Positions 41,551 to 52,357 of a DNA stretch of 62,084 bases are shown one piece after another (positions within the stretch are counted from its first letter, which is position 1; each line of letters starts with the position of its first letter). The notes below the pieces were generated by a model. It saw only the letters and a program-made list of their open reading frames with translations, had not been told where the DNA came from and ran no database searches. Both the position numbers and the translations under genes were made by a program. The stretch lies in the sequence record SRR31156797_8083; one strand, given 5' to 3'.

Positions 41551-42077
41551 TTCTCTTTCTTCTTTTTGCCGCCACAACCGTATGAAAATCCATATTTGAT
41601 ATTCAGGGCCTTGACCACCGGTCCGGGAACCAATCCGCAAACATCACCGCCGTACTGAGCGACTTCTTTCACTATCGTGGAACTCAAATACATCCATTTA
41701 AAATCGGTCATCATGAAAACTGTCTCAATTTCACGCTCCAGCTTTCGATTCATGAGTGCCATCTGAAATTCATACTCAAAATCGGAAACAGCACGTAGAC
41801 CGCGCATAATGGTTCCGGCTCCCGTGCTTTCGACATAGTCGATCAACAAACAATCAAACGGCTCGACAATAACATTTGGCTCATCGCGAAAAACTTCTTT
41901 TGCCAATTCAACACGTTCTTCAACAGAAAACAGTGTTTTCTTTGGCGTACTTTCTGCCACGGCAAGGATCACAGTATCAAAGACCTGAAGACCACGCCGA
42001 GTTAAACTGACATGGCCCATGGTAAGGGGATCAAAAGTTCCGGGGTAAACAGCCGTGCGATGGTTCAATTTCGCCAT
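41547..42077 (-). CDS. coaD: Pantetheine-phosphate adenylyltransferase
   Basis: YPGTFDPLTMGH, RGLRAVSDFEYEFQMA, LSSTIVKE. Confidence 0.96.
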   Translation of the reverse strand: MAKLNHRTAVYPGTFDPLTMGHVSLTRRGLQVFDTVILAVAESTPKKTLFSVEERVELAKEVFRDEPNVIVEPFDCLLIDYVESTGAGTIMRGLRAVSDFEYEFQMALMNRKLEREIETVFMMTDFKWMYLSSTIVKEVAQYGGDVCGLVPGPVVKALNIKYGFSYGCGGKKKKEK

Positions 42078-42625
42078 AAAAGTATCCTGGTTTGACCGTA
42101 TTCACGATCAGTTAACAATTCCATTTCCGCAATAGGCCCGTCGGTTGGAGCACAAATAGCTGTCTCCACTTCGGCCAGGACTAATGCGCCGGGTGCGATC
42201 CACCCTTTTTTCAACGCCTTCTCCAAAGCCGGGACCAATAAGTCCTTTCCATAGGGCGGGTCAATGAAAACCAGATCAAAAGGCGTATCAGGCCACTTGG
42301 ACAATACGCCAAAAAGATCCTTGCTGACCACCTTAGCGCACTTCTTTTCCACGCCAAGATCAGACAAGTTCTTTCGTATCAGCCCAGCGGCCTTTGAACT
42401 TTTCTCAATAAACCAAGCAGTTGTCGCACCTCGACTCACACATTCGATTCCAAGGCTACCGGAACCAGCAAACATGTCGATGACACGCACGTCCGCAAAA
42501 TCCACTCCCCGCGCCATCAGCATGGAAAAAATGGATTCACGAACTTTCATTGTGGCCGGTCTATACCCCGGCCCCTCGCAGGTCTTGAGCCTGCGTCCTT
42601 TATATTTTCCACCAACTATCCGCAT
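42065..42625 (-). CDS. rsmD: 16S rRNA (guanine966-N2)-methyltransferase
   Basis: MRIVGGKYKGR, RP...VRESIF, DMFAGSGSLG, DPPY. Confidence 0.95.
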   Translation of the reverse strand: MRIVGGKYKGRRLKTCEGPGYRPATMKVRESIFSMLMARGVDFADVRVIDMFAGSGSLGIECVSRGATTAWFIEKSSKAAGLIRKNLSDLGVEKKCAKVVSKDLFGVLSKWPDTPFDLVFIDPPYGKDLLVPALEKALKKGWIAPGALVLAEVETAICAPTDGPIAEMELLTDREYGQTRILLWRN

Positions 42626-42627
42626 AC

Positions 42628-44235
42628 TTACATTTCCGAAACCAATGCAACAATGTTGCGATTAATATCAAGTAACCTGTCACGCAATTCGGATTGATCA
42701 ACCCATGGCCGATTTTCAACACTCTTCACGCGCTCCCGAAGTTCATCATACAGCTTTTCGGAATCGGCAAGAAGGAAATCCCAATCCACACGGGGTCTGG
42801 CAATATCCATATCCACCACAGGTTGCAACTCCACACCGGGTTCCAATTCAAGTTCTTCCATATATTCAGGAATATGCACCTCGAAACCGAACCTTTCAGT
42901 AATCAATGCACCAAATTCTTTCTGTACTTCGGCTTCACCATGTACAAGGATCACCTTCACAGGCTTACCCTTCATGGTACCAAGCCAGTTCATAAGTTCA
43001 TCCTGGCCAGCATGCCCGGAAAATCCATTGATGGTAAACACCTTGGCATTGATGGCAATTTCTTCACCAAAAATACGAATATTCTTGGCTCCGCCCACAA
43101 TCTTTCGACCTGGAGTTCCCACACCCTGCCATCCCACAAAAATGACGCTGGCACCGGGACGCCACAAATTATGCCGTAAGTGATGCTTTATGCGCCCGGC
43201 ATTGGCCATTCCACTGGCTGAAATAATAACAGCCGGTCCACGAGTCTCGTTGATGGCTTGGGACTGTTCACGACTCTCGGTAAACTTCAAATTCGGCAAA
43301 TCAAGAGGATTCTCACCATTTTTAAGAAATTCCTGCGTTTCCTTATCAAAAAACTCCGGATGCTTACGAAATATTTCCGTTGCACGGATAGCTAACGGAC
43401 TATCAAGATATACAGGCATATCGTCTGGCAACTTCCCCTGTTTCTTCAATAAAAACAGGCTGTATATAATCTGCTGAGACCGTTCCACGGCAAATGCCGG
43501 GATAACAACTTTTTCACCATTTTTATAACTGTAGGCAATGGCTTCAGCCAATTCCTCCAGACTTCCCGCTTCATCTTTGTGATTACGATTCCCATACGTC
43601 GATTCAAGGAACAGATAATCCGCACAATCAACACCGCTGGGGTCCTCGACGATAAGCTGCTCAGGGCGACCCAAATCACCGGAAAAAACCGCCTTGGCTT
43701 TCTTGCCGTCCTGCTCATATTCTATTTCAATAAAAGCAGAGCCAAGAATATGCCCCGCATTCATATAGGTTACTTTGATACCTGGAGCTGGTTCAAACGT
43801 CTGGGAATACTCAACTGTTGCAAACAACGGAATGGTCTTTTCCGCATCGGCGATGGAATACAAAGGCCGCACGGCCAGGCCACCGGTCCGCTGCCGTTTA
43901 CGGTTGGCCCACTCCGCTTCCATTTCTTGAATATGAGCACTGTCAAGTAGCATGATTTCGAGTAAATCCCGTGTCGGAGCAGTGCAATAAATAGGACCAG
44001 TAAAACCTTTGGAGACCAGAGCCGGAAGCAAACCGGTATGATCGATATGGGCATGAGTAATCAATATGAAATCAAGTTTTTTGGCATCATATTGATCAAA
44101 ATTCCAGTTCCGCTTCTCGATTTCCTTGTTTCCCTGATGAAGGCCACAATCAACGGCAAACCGCTTGTTGCCACATTCGAGAATATAACAGGAGCCACTG
44201 ACGGTACGGGCTGCGCCCATGAATGTAATTTTCAT
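42628..44235 (-). CDS. MBL-fold beta-CASP ribonuclease
   Basis: THAHIDHTG, AGHILGS, SGDLG, ESTYG, PAFAVER, SGHA. Confidence 0.9.
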   Translation of the reverse strand: MKITFMGAARTVSGSCYILECGNKRFAVDCGLHQGNKEIEKRNWNFDQYDAKKLDFILITHAHIDHTGLLPALVSKGFTGPIYCTAPTRDLLEIMLLDSAHIQEMEAEWANRKRQRTGGLAVRPLYSIADAEKTIPLFATVEYSQTFEPAPGIKVTYMNAGHILGSAFIEIEYEQDGKKAKAVFSGDLGRPEQLIVEDPSGVDCADYLFLESTYGNRNHKDEAGSLEELAEAIAYSYKNGEKVVIPAFAVERSQQIIYSLFLLKKQGKLPDDMPVYLDSPLAIRATEIFRKHPEFFDKETQEFLKNGENPLDLPNLKFTESREQSQAINETRGPAVIISASGMANAGRIKHHLRHNLWRPGASVIFVGWQGVGTPGRKIVGGAKNIRIFGEEIAINAKVFTINGFSGHAGQDELMNWLGTMKGKPVKVILVHGEAEVQKEFGALITERFGFEVHIPEYMEELELEPGVELQPVVDMDIARPRVDWDFLLADSEKLYDELRERVKSVENRPWVDQSELRDRLLDINRNIVALVSEM

Positions 44236-44405
44236 CGATGTTCCTCATCATGCCATCCCCCTGTGAAAAACGACAAAATCCACTTTCGAAAGGGGAAGAA
44301 TCTGTGTAATGTGTCTACAAGCAAGACTCAGTGTCCGCTGTCACAATTACATGCCCCATAAACTTGTTTCAGGCAACAATTCCATACGAAATTCAAGGAG
44401 AATTC

Positions 44406-45065
44406 ATGATCCATCGCTCCAAGCAATATCTCATTGACGACCTTTCGATCCAGGAATCCTGGCGGCTCTTCAAAATCATGTCAGAAATCGTAGACGGCTT
44501 TGAAAATCTGTCTGAAATCGGACCTGCCGTATCCATGTTCGGTTCGGCTCGCGTCAAGCCGGAGGAACCGCTTTACGAAAAGACCGTGGAGCTTTCCAAG
44601 GCCTTGTCTGAAGCGGGCTATTCAATCATTACTGGCGGTGGCCCCGGCCTCATGGAAGCTGGTAACAAAGGCGCATTTGAAAACGGTGGCGAATCCATCG
44701 GCCTGCATATCCATCTGCCCATGGAACAACACAATAATCCGTACATGAATATAAAGAGTGAATTCCGCTATTTTTTCATCCGTAAGCTCATGTTCATCAA
44801 GTATGCTTTGGCCTACGTGGCCCTACCCGGCGGCTATGGCACTCTGGATGAACTTTCGGAAGCTCTGGTCCTGATCCAAACCCACCGCATCAAGCCTTTT
44901 CCCATCGTCCTCTTTGGTACGGAATTCTGGGGAGGTTTGGTGGATTGGTTCAAGACACAGCTTGTCACCAACGAATTCTGCCATGAAGAGGATCTCAATT
45001 TGTTCATCGTAACCGACGACGTAGAAGAAGTGGTCAACCACATCAAAAAACACGTCATCATTTAA
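44406..45065 (+). CDS. LOG-family (TIGR00730) nucleotide phosphoribohydrolase
   Basis: FGSAR, TGGGPGLMEA, PGGYGTLDE; AAGGAG RBS. Confidence 0.92.
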   Translation: MIHRSKQYLIDDLSIQESWRLFKIMSEIVDGFENLSEIGPAVSMFGSARVKPEEPLYEKTVELSKALSEAGYSIITGGGPGLMEAGNKGAFENGGESIGLHIHLPMEQHNNPYMNIKSEFRYFFIRKLMFIKYALAYVALPGGYGTLDELSEALVLIQTHRIKPFPIVLFGTEFWGGLVDWFKTQLVTNEFCHEEDLNLFIVTDDVEEVVNHIKKHVII

Positions 45066-45073
45066 ACACACCC

Positions 45074-45970
45074 GTGAACAACAAAAAAAAAGCACTGACA
45101 TTCGGATTGGTCACGGTGGGCATATGGTCCACCGTGGCCTCTGCCTTTAAAATAGCTCTGACCAGACTGGACCCGCTCCAACTTCTGCTCATGGCCTGTG
45201 CCGCCTCCATTGTCGCACTCACCGGGATCCTAATCCTTCAAGGCAAACTCCATGAACTAACACGAATGCCACGGCGCGAAATGGTACGATCTGCCCTACT
45301 TGGCATGCTTAACCCATTCCTTTACTACGTCATTCTGTTCAAAGCATACGACCTGCTTCCTGCGCAAGAAGCCCAACCCATCAACTATACTTGGGCCATT
45401 ACTCTGTCGTTGCTCTCCATCCCTCTGCTAGGCCAGAAAATGTCAGGGAAAGATATGGCCGCTATTTTCCTGAGCTATTTCGGCGTGGTCGTCATCTCCA
45501 CTCATGGCAACCCGTTCTCTCTTGAATTCTCCAACCTCACAGGTGTTGGACTTGCTCTGGCAAGCACGGTCATATGGGCGCTTTACTGGATATTCAACAC
45601 CCGTAGCAAAGCTGGTCCTATCGCTGGCTTACTCCTCGGTTTTCTCTGTGGTTTCCCGCTCATCATTATTGCAACACTTGTTTTCTCAAAGTTGCCAACT
45701 TTGGACATGATATCAGCACTATCCGCAGCCTATGTTGGATTCTTCGAAATGGGCATCACCTTCGCCCTCTGGCTCACGGCCATGAAATACGCAGCAACAC
45801 CTGATGGCGGAGGTACCGCCCGTATTGCAAACCTCATATTTCTCTCCCCATTCCTCTCGCTTATCTTCATCCACTTTCTGGTGGGCGAAGAAATCCTGCC
45901 CGCAACAATCGCCGGACTCGGCTTTATCGTCGCTGGCAACATTCTCATGCAATACAAAAGCAAAACTTAA
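45074..45970 (+). CDS. DMT/EamA family transporter
   Basis: About 10 hydrophobic segments, two EamA-like halves. Confidence 0.85.
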   Translation: MNNKKKALTFGLVTVGIWSTVASAFKIALTRLDPLQLLLMACAASIVALTGILILQGKLHELTRMPRREMVRSALLGMLNPFLYYVILFKAYDLLPAQEAQPINYTWAITLSLLSIPLLGQKMSGKDMAAIFLSYFGVVVISTHGNPFSLEFSNLTGVGLALASTVIWALYWIFNTRSKAGPIAGLLLGFLCGFPLIIIATLVFSKLPTLDMISALSAAYVGFFEMGITFALWLTAMKYAATPDGGGTARIANLIFLSPFLSLIFIHFLVGEEILPATIAGLGFIVAGNILMQYKSKT

Positions 45971-45983
45971 AAAGAACCAAAAA

Positions 45984-47708
45984 TTAGACAGCCACGCGGA
46001 CGTCTACGGCAATCACTCCAAGCACCCGTCCTTCCATATTAAAAAACGGACTGGATACAGTGATGCAACTCTCACCTGATGCTGACGAGGTATACACATC
46101 AGAGACAAAAAAAGTGCTGGTCGCCATGGCTGCCATAAACCATGGACGAGATGACCAATCCGCACCAAACGCTGAAGCATCCTCTGAATAATTCGAAACC
46201 AATCCTCCCATATTACTGACAACTTGCATGCCTTTTGAATCAGTAACATACATTAATTCAAGGAATTCGTTAGCATGCAACGTCCGCCGTATGGCATCCT
46301 CCTGCCGTAAACGCTCACAGGACTGCACATCTGCAGCTTTTGACAATTCTTCAATGACAGCTTGCACCCGACCATGACCAACTAGACGGAAAACACCCGT
46401 CATAGTTGCCAAGTCATCCACCCGCTCAGTCAAAAGACCAACAGTATCCGCGGCATGAGTCATTCCCTGTCCAGTCTCTGTAGAAATGCCATGAATCTCG
46501 GAAATTGTACGGTTTACCTCTGCACAGGATACGGACTGTTGCTGAGCGGCCGCAGCAATGGCGCTGATTTGTCCAGCACTAGCTCCTGAATGTGCCACTA
46601 TTTCCTCCAATGCAGAGCCGGATTCATCAGCCAATCCTGCAGCCGTATCAGCAAGCCCAGCCATTCCCTGTACTCCTTCAATAGTCTGAGATACTTGCTC
46701 CTGAATGCCTTCGATAGCCAAACCGACATCACGAGTCGCCTCCATGGTCTTCTCCGCAAGCTTACGAACTTCATCGGCCACGACAGCAAAACCTCGTCCG
46801 GCATCTCCTGCTCGAGCTGCTTCAATTGCTGCATTTAATGCCAATAGATTTGTCTGATCGGCAATATCAGAAATAACGCCTATGATTGTCCCCACACCAT
46901 CAGCTTGAGTCCCAAGACCAGCGACACTCTCAACCAAAACCTGAGATTTTTTTGAAACAGACTCAATAGCTTCTCGAGTCTGTGTGACAATAGTCGCCCC
47001 AGACGAAGCCTGCCCCATAACCAACTTCGCACCAGAGGCCGCCGCCGCAGCATTCTCAGCGGTTTCTGCCACGGCACCATTCATCTGCTCTGTCGCAGAG
47101 ACAGCACTTAATACGATCTGTTGCTGCCTGACGGCTCCGAGACTTGCCTGGGAGGTTGCATTGTCCAACAGATTGGATTGGTCCCTAATACTTTGTAACG
47201 ACAATTCCATTGTCTCGGCTGCTGACAAAAGCCCCTGACATCGGGCCTTTTCTCCATGTTTTTTCGCCATAATAAAACTTTCAATGGCCTTATCGGTCTT
47301 TTCTTCGGTCACTCGAAGCGCACTCTGTACATCGACAAGCTCACTCTCTAACCCGCTAATGTACTGAACAATTTGGTTTATTTTAGTATAAGAATCACCA
47401 AAAATGTCATTATTACTCAATGGAAAATTCAAATCCCGTTTCCCTTGCTCAACCAATTTCAAACAATTCAATAACGCACTGTATTTATTACGCACAATTC
47501 TTCTATAAAAAAGAACAAGCCCAACACAGGTACACACGCTCAAAACTCCACCAACACCCAACATGGAATAAAGCCACTCAATTTCTGCTGACAAAATTGT
47601 CACCTTGTCGAAAGACTCCACGGCCACAGCTTCGTCCACTGACAGAATCCCAAAACTCAAAAAGACCGCTGTAATTACGGCTATTTTTCCACTTTTCCGC
47701 ATCATCAT
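45984..47708 (-). CDS. Methyl-accepting chemotaxis protein with C-terminal Cache-like domain
   Basis: [39 protein letters not shown]-terminal YVTD..G..WSSRPWF..SDVYTS..ITVS.P..GVIAVD. Confidence 0.88.
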   Translation of the reverse strand: MMMRKSGKIAVITAVFLSFGILSVDEAVAVESFDKVTILSAEIEWLYSMLGVGGVLSVCTCVGLVLFYRRIVRNKYSALLNCLKLVEQGKRDLNFPLSNNDIFGDSYTKINQIVQYISGLESELVDVQSALRVTEEKTDKAIESFIMAKKHGEKARCQGLLSAAETMELSLQSIRDQSNLLDNATSQASLGAVRQQQIVLSAVSATEQMNGAVAETAENAAAAASGAKLVMGQASSGATIVTQTREAIESVSKKSQVLVESVAGLGTQADGVGTIIGVISDIADQTNLLALNAAIEAARAGDAGRGFAVVADEVRKLAEKTMEATRDVGLAIEGIQEQVSQTIEGVQGMAGLADTAAGLADESGSALEEIVAHSGASAGQISAIAAAAQQQSVSCAEVNRTISEIHGISTETGQGMTHAADTVGLLTERVDDLATMTGVFRLVGHGRVQAVIEELSKAADVQSCERLRQEDAIRRTLHANEFLELMYVTDSKGMQVVSNMGGLVSNYSEDASAFGADWSSRPWFMAAMATSTFFVSDVYTSSASGESCITVSSPFFNMEGRVLGVIAVDVRVAV

Positions 47709-47756
47709 AATCCTTAAGTCCTCTATTTTGACTTGAAAAACAGTGATACGTTTAAA

Positions 47757-47771
47757 GCAATTCGCGAGCCA
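47757..47771 (-). promoter_or_regulatory. Sigma-54 (-24/-12) promoter of the MCP gene
   Basis: Minus strand TGGCTC-GCGAA-TTGC has the exact spacing of TGGCAC-N5-TTGC, about 50 nt before the start. Confidence 0.7.
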
Positions 47772-47866
47772 ACTATTTGTCTTTTGAAATCATTCATTTT
47801 TAAAAAAATACCATGATTGCAAATCATAAAAGATATTTTTAGATTTTTTCTAGACTATATCTAGAT

Positions 47867-47908
47867 AAAAAAGAACCGGTCAAAACGTAATCGTTTTGAC
47901 CGGTTCTT
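47867..47908 (-). terminator. Intrinsic terminator
   Basis: aagaaccggtcaaaacg taat cgttttgaccggttctt, 17-bp stem with A run on + strand. Confidence 0.88.
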
Positions 47909-47923
47909 ATAAGAATCTGTTTA

Positions 47924-48166
47924 CTACAGGAAGTCTGGGTCGATAGCGGCTTTTCCTCCCGCTAAAGTAAGCTTCATATAACGGATAGTCCGATCATCCA
48001 CAGGGACTATGGGGAAATTCTCCCGACATGCGTCACACTGCACCATGGCAGGACGGGATGGAGCAATAAGTGGAACCTCTCGGCTACAATGTGGACATGG
48101 ATAAAGAAATATCAACTCCATGCCCGCAGGCTTGACCGGGGTCAGTGGTTTTTTCGTTTCAGCCAT
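47924..48166 (-). CDS. Small zinc-ribbon-like hypothetical protein
   Basis: CPHC and CDAC pairs; start overlaps the gpmI stop (TAATG). Confidence 0.75.
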   Translation of the reverse strand: MAETKKPLTPVKPAGMELIFLYPCPHCSREVPLIAPSRPAMVQCDACRENFPIVPVDDRTIRYMKLTLAGGKAAIDPDFL

Positions 48167-49698
48167 TATTTTCTCTTTTTCACCAGGTTCTTTCCGGTCA
48201 TCTCAGCGGGCTGCTCAATGCCCCACAATCCAAGAATCGTAGGTGCCAAATCGCCAAGAATACCCTCTTCAAGCTCAGCACCTTCGCACCCTTTTTCAAT
48301 ATATACAAGGGGAACCGGGTTGGTTGTATGCGCCGTATGCGGACTGCCATCGTCAGCAATTAATTTCTCGGCATTACCATGGTCCGCAGTCAAAAGCATA
48401 CGGCCACCAGTCGCCAAAACCGTATCTACAATTCGCCCAACACAAGCATCAACTGTTACACAGGCTTGCTTGGCAGCATCAATAATGCCGGTGTGCCCCA
48501 CCATATCGAGATTAGCGAGATTACAGACACACAAATCATAGTCCGGGAACTTGCCTATGAGCGTATCTGCAACTTCATCAGCACTCATCTGCGGTTTCTG
48601 ATCGTATGTAGCAACCTCACGCGGCGAGGGAATCATGACACGATCTTCATTCGGGAAAGGATCTTCACGACCACAATTAAGGAAATAGGTTACATGAGCA
48701 TATTTCTCAGTCTCGGCAATACGCAATTGTTTCATTCCTTTGCCGGAAACCACTTCTCCCAATGTTCCACTATAACTTTCAGGCGGAAAGGCTGTGGGCA
48801 TGGGGAAAGAAGATTCATACTGTGTCATAGTGGCAAATTCGACCATTTCAGGAACCGAAGCGCGCGGAAACTCATTAAAATCTTTCTCAAATAGAGCACG
48901 ACTAATCTGCCGCGCACGGTCTGCCCGAAAATTAAAGAAAAACACGCCGTCGCCATCGGAAATCTGTCCGTTCACGCCATCAATAATGCTCGGTTTGATA
49001 AACTCATCGGTTTCCCCCGCATCATAGGAAGCTTGAATACCGGAAAGCGGATCAGACATGACACCACCTTCGCCGGAAACCAATGCTTTATAGGCGAACT
49101 CATTACGCTCAAACCGTTTGTCACGGTCCATGGCCCAATACCGGCCACTCACGGTCGCGACCTGACCGATACCAATTTCTTCCATCTTCTCCAGCAACAG
49201 ACGCACATATCCCAAACCATTCGTAGGCGAAGTGTCGCGGCCATCCATAAAGGCATGAACAAAAACCTCTGGCACTCCTTGCTCTTTGGCCATCTTAAGC
49301 ACAGCGTAGATATGATTCTGATGACTATGAACACCGCCATCAGAAACCAGCCCCATGAGATGAAGCCGTCCGGTTCCTGCCTTGGTTTTCGCCATCAAAT
49401 CCTTGAGAGTCGCATTATCAAAAAAGCTGCCGTTCTCTATGGACATATCGATACGAGTCATATCCTGATAGATAATACGACCACCACCGATGTTCATATG
49501 TCCAACTTCGGAATTGCCCATAAATCCATCAGGCAATCCCACGGCACGCCCAGAACAGGTCAACCGGGTATTGGGATAATCGGCCAGAAGAGCATCCAAG
49601 TGTGGCGTTGCGGCGTTGCGGACGCAGTTTCCTGCCCCTTCGGGGGCAATACCCCATCCGTCCAGAATCAACAGGAGTGTTTTCTTCGGTTCGGGCAT
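48166..49698 (-). CDS. gpmI: 2,3-bisphosphoglycerate-independent phosphoglycerate mutase
   Basis: ILDGWG, MGNSEVGH, SDGGVHS, GRYWAMDRD, ETEKYAHVT, DMVGH, TADHGN. Confidence 0.96.
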   Translation of the reverse strand: MPEPKKTLLLILDGWGIAPEGAGNCVRNAATPHLDALLADYPNTRLTCSGRAVGLPDGFMGNSEVGHMNIGGGRIIYQDMTRIDMSIENGSFFDNATLKDLMAKTKAGTGRLHLMGLVSDGGVHSHQNHIYAVLKMAKEQGVPEVFVHAFMDGRDTSPTNGLGYVRLLLEKMEEIGIGQVATVSGRYWAMDRDKRFERNEFAYKALVSGEGGVMSDPLSGIQASYDAGETDEFIKPSIIDGVNGQISDGDGVFFFNFRADRARQISRALFEKDFNEFPRASVPEMVEFATMTQYESSFPMPTAFPPESYSGTLGEVVSGKGMKQLRIAETEKYAHVTYFLNCGREDPFPNEDRVMIPSPREVATYDQKPQMSADEVADTLIGKFPDYDLCVCNLANLDMVGHTGIIDAAKQACVTVDACVGRIVDTVLATGGRMLLTADHGNAEKLIADDGSPHTAHTTNPVPLVYIEKGCEGAELEEGILGDLAPTILGLWGIEQPAEMTGKNLVKKRK

Positions 49699-49716
49699 GA
49701 CGCCTCCAGGCATTGG

Positions 49717-50085
49717 CTAAATTTTAATTTTTGGAGCTTCGTTCCACATACCTTCGATATTGTAGAACCCACGCAACTCTTCAAGGAAAATATGAACCAG
49801 CACATCATTCAGATCAACCAGAATCCATTCACCGGTCTTCTGGCCTTCCATGCTCAAAAACTCGATATTATCCTCAGCAGCCTTGTCCAGAATGTATTCT
49901 GCCAATGCTTTGGCATGCTTCACACCACGGGCTGAAACAACCAAAGTCATATCTGTGACAGAACTTATCTTTGACACATCAATGATAACGACATTTTCAC
50001 CCTGTTTTTCGTCAAGCCATTCAGCAACAATTCGGGCCTTGTCTTCACTCGCCATTTCCTGAAATTTCTTTTCTTTGTTCAACAA
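49717..50085 (-). CDS. rsfS: Ribosome silencing factor (Iojap)
   Basis: DEKQGENV..ID, EG...EWILVD..DVLVHIF..RGFYNIE..W. Confidence 0.93.
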   Translation of the reverse strand: MLNKEKKFQEMASEDKARIVAEWLDEKQGENVVIIDVSKISSVTDMTLVVSARGVKHAKALAEYILDKAAEDNIEFLSMEGQKTGEWILVDLNDVLVHIFLEELRGFYNIEGMWNEAPKIKI

Positions 50086-50112
50086 TGTAATCCTCGTATC
50101 TTTCGATACATA

Positions 50113-50703
50113 TTATTCTTTTTCCGGGTAACATCCAACAAGCAAATCATCCAACCCACGTTTGGGCACATGATGCCTGTCATCGTCACCGCTCCAATAG
50201 TGTATACTTCCGTCGGATGGAAGCGGTTCCACCACCACATCCTGAGCTGGCACACCAAGTGCCAACACCAGAAGTATATCGAAATTTTCCGGCAGGTCGA
50301 GCATCCGAGACAGTTTCCTTCTGTTAACCGTCCCAATAATGCATCCACCAAGCCCTTTTTCCACGGCCCCCAGCATGATGGATTGACTGGCAATACCATG
50401 ATCGCACCCAGGATCATCTGCCAAACTCCTATCGAGCATCACGACAATATACCCGGTTGGACGTTCACCTTCAGCAGGCCCTTTCCAATCCTTAAGGTAG
50501 CCAGCCCATCCCAACAACGGGAAAATGGCATCACACTGTACTTTATCTGCGACAGCAATGTACTTCAACGGCTGCATGTTCCTGCCTGACGGCATGAATC
50601 GAGTCAATTCAACCAAGTCGACCAATGTCTGTATGTCCACCGGCCGGGATTCGTCGAATTTTCGCCGCGACCTATTCTGTACCATTAATTCCCTGAACTG
50701 CAT
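50113..50703 (-). CDS. Nitroreductase family protein
   Basis: RSRRKF, PSGRNMQP, DHGIASQSIMLGA.EKGLGGC, VPKR; start after GAGG. Confidence 0.9.
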   Translation of the reverse strand: MQFRELMVQNRSRRKFDESRPVDIQTLVDLVELTRFMPSGRNMQPLKYIAVADKVQCDAIFPLLGWAGYLKDWKGPAEGERPTGYIVVMLDRSLADDPGCDHGIASQSIMLGAVEKGLGGCIIGTVNRRKLSRMLDLPENFDILLVLALGVPAQDVVVEPLPSDGSIHYWSGDDDRHHVPKRGLDDLLVGCYPEKE

Positions 50704-50819
50704 ATAAACCTCATTCGTTAGGCGACTCATAGCCATGTAATGCACTTTGCCCCGGTCCGCAATGGCAGGAACCTTTCCTTTCTTATCGTGTTCCTTGCTG
50801 CGGCCCAATGATAAACCCC

Positions 50820-50848
50820 TTGACGGAGTCGGGAACATGGGGCAGTCT
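50820..50848 (+). promoter_or_regulatory. Putative sigma-70 promoter for the leader/paaK transcript
   Basis: TTGACG-N17-CAGTCT (weak -10); predicted +1 falls at or near the leader ATG at 50856. Confidence 0.4.
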
Positions 50849-50855
50849 CTCCTTT

Positions 50856-50909
50856 ATGAAAAATTTCCTCGTATTTCGCTCCTTTTTCTTCTTTATGTGC
50901 CCCCAGTAG
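50856..50909 (+). CDS. Phe-rich attenuator leader peptide MKNFLVFRSFFFFMCPQ
   Basis: 6 of 17 codons are Phe, 4 of them consecutive (ttt ttc ttc ttt); lies just 5' of alternative stems and a terminator. Confidence 0.8.
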   Translation: MKNFLVFRSFFFFMCPQ

Positions 50910-50911
50910 GT

Positions 50912-50984
50912 GGCTCGTGGAGTATTTGGAGCGGTAAAAACGCTAATCAGACCACGGGCCGAAAGGACCGTGGTTTTTTATTTT
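50912..50984 (+). promoter_or_regulatory. Transcription attenuator (antiterminator/terminator)
   Basis: Terminator accacgg-g-cc GAAA gg-a-ccgtggt + U tract (50951-50984); ggctcgtgg (50912-50920) can instead pair with ccacgggcc (50952-50960). Confidence 0.8.
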
Positions 50985-51026
50985 GTCAACATGGGCCGAT
51001 TAAGGCCGCGCAAGGAGGTTCTAGGG

Positions 51027-52331
51027 ATGATTTATGATGTAAAGAATGAAACCCTGCCCAGAGAAGATCTGGAAAAAATACAGCTCCGAAGGCTCCAAGC
51101 TCTCTGTGAACGAGTATATGCCAATGTCCCGTTCTATAAGAAAAAATTTGACGAGAAAGGTGTCAAGCCTCAAGACATCAAAAGCCTGAAAGACCTCACC
51201 CTGCTCCCATTCACCGTCAAGCAGGATCTTCGCGATCAGTACCCCTTCGGCCTCTTCTCGGTCCCTAAAGACCAGATTGTCCGTCTCCATTCTTCATCCG
51301 GCACCACCGGCACAGCGACAGTCGTTGGCTACACAAAGCGTGACATCAAGAACTGGGGCGAACTCATGGCCCGGTCCTTCATGGCAGCAGGAGCGTCGGC
51401 CAGTGACACCGTACATAACGCATACGGTTACGGTTTGTTCACAGGCGGCCTTGGCGCGCACTACGGCGCAGAAGCCCTAGGGGCGACAGTCGTTCCCATT
51501 TCCGGTGGCGCCACCCGCAGACAGGTTACCCTGCTCAAGGATTTCGCACCGGATGTCATCTGCGCCACTCCATCTTACGCCCTGTTCCTGGCAGAAACCG
51601 GCGAGGAAATGGGCATCGATATCAAGAAGCTCCCCTTACGCATCGGTATTTTCGGTGCTGAGCCATGGACCAACGAAATGCGTCTTGAAATCGAGAAAAA
51701 ACTTGGCATCAAAGCCATCGACATCTACGGCCTGTCCGAAATCATGGGACCTGGTGTTGCTATTGAATGTCTTGAAGCTCAAGACGGACTGCACATTCAG
51801 GAAGATCACTTCCTTGCGGAAACGATCAACCCCGAAACCGGCGAGCCTGTTGCTCCGGGAGAGGAAGGCGAGTTGGTCTTCACGACACTGACCAAAGAAG
51901 GCATCCCGCTCATCCGTTATCGGACACGCGACCTGACCACCTTGAACACCACGCCCTGCAAATGTGGTCGTACCACTGCCCGCATGAAGCGTGTAACAGG
52001 TCGTTCGGACGACATGCTCATCATCCGCGGCGTCAATGTCTTCCCGTCTCAAATCGAATCAATACTCATTGAAACCGAAGGCTTAACTCCACACTACCAA
52101 CTTATTGTTGATCGCAAGGGCAACCTTGATACTCTGGAAGTTCAAGTGGAAGTCAACGAGTCCATTTTCTCCGATGAGATTAAGAATTTACAACGCGTCG
52201 AATCAAAGGTAATGAAAAACATTAAAGAATTCCTCGGTGTCACCGCCAAGGTAAAATTGGTCAGTCCCAAAGAGATTGAACGCTCTGCGGGTAAAGCCAA
52301 GCGCATCATCGACAAGAGAAAAGAAGGCTAA
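51027..52331 (+). CDS. paaK: Phenylacetate-CoA ligase family protein
   Basis: [68 protein letters not shown]. Confidence 0.92.
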   Translation: MIYDVKNETLPREDLEKIQLRRLQALCERVYANVPFYKKKFDEKGVKPQDIKSLKDLTLLPFTVKQDLRDQYPFGLFSVPKDQIVRLHSSSGTTGTATVVGYTKRDIKNWGELMARSFMAAGASASDTVHNAYGYGLFTGGLGAHYGAEALGATVVPISGGATRRQVTLLKDFAPDVICATPSYALFLAETGEEMGIDIKKLPLRIGIFGAEPWTNEMRLEIEKKLGIKAIDIYGLSEIMGPGVAIECLEAQDGLHIQEDHFLAETINPETGEPVAPGEEGELVFTTLTKEGIPLIRYRTRDLTTLNTTPCKCGRTTARMKRVTGRSDDMLIIRGVNVFPSQIESILIETEGLTPHYQLIVDRKGNLDTLEVQVEVNESIFSDEIKNLQRVESKVMKNIKEFLGVTAKVKLVSPKEIERSAGKAKRIIDKRKEG

Positions 52332-52357
52332 CGCCTCCAATTCACAAGGAGATCATT

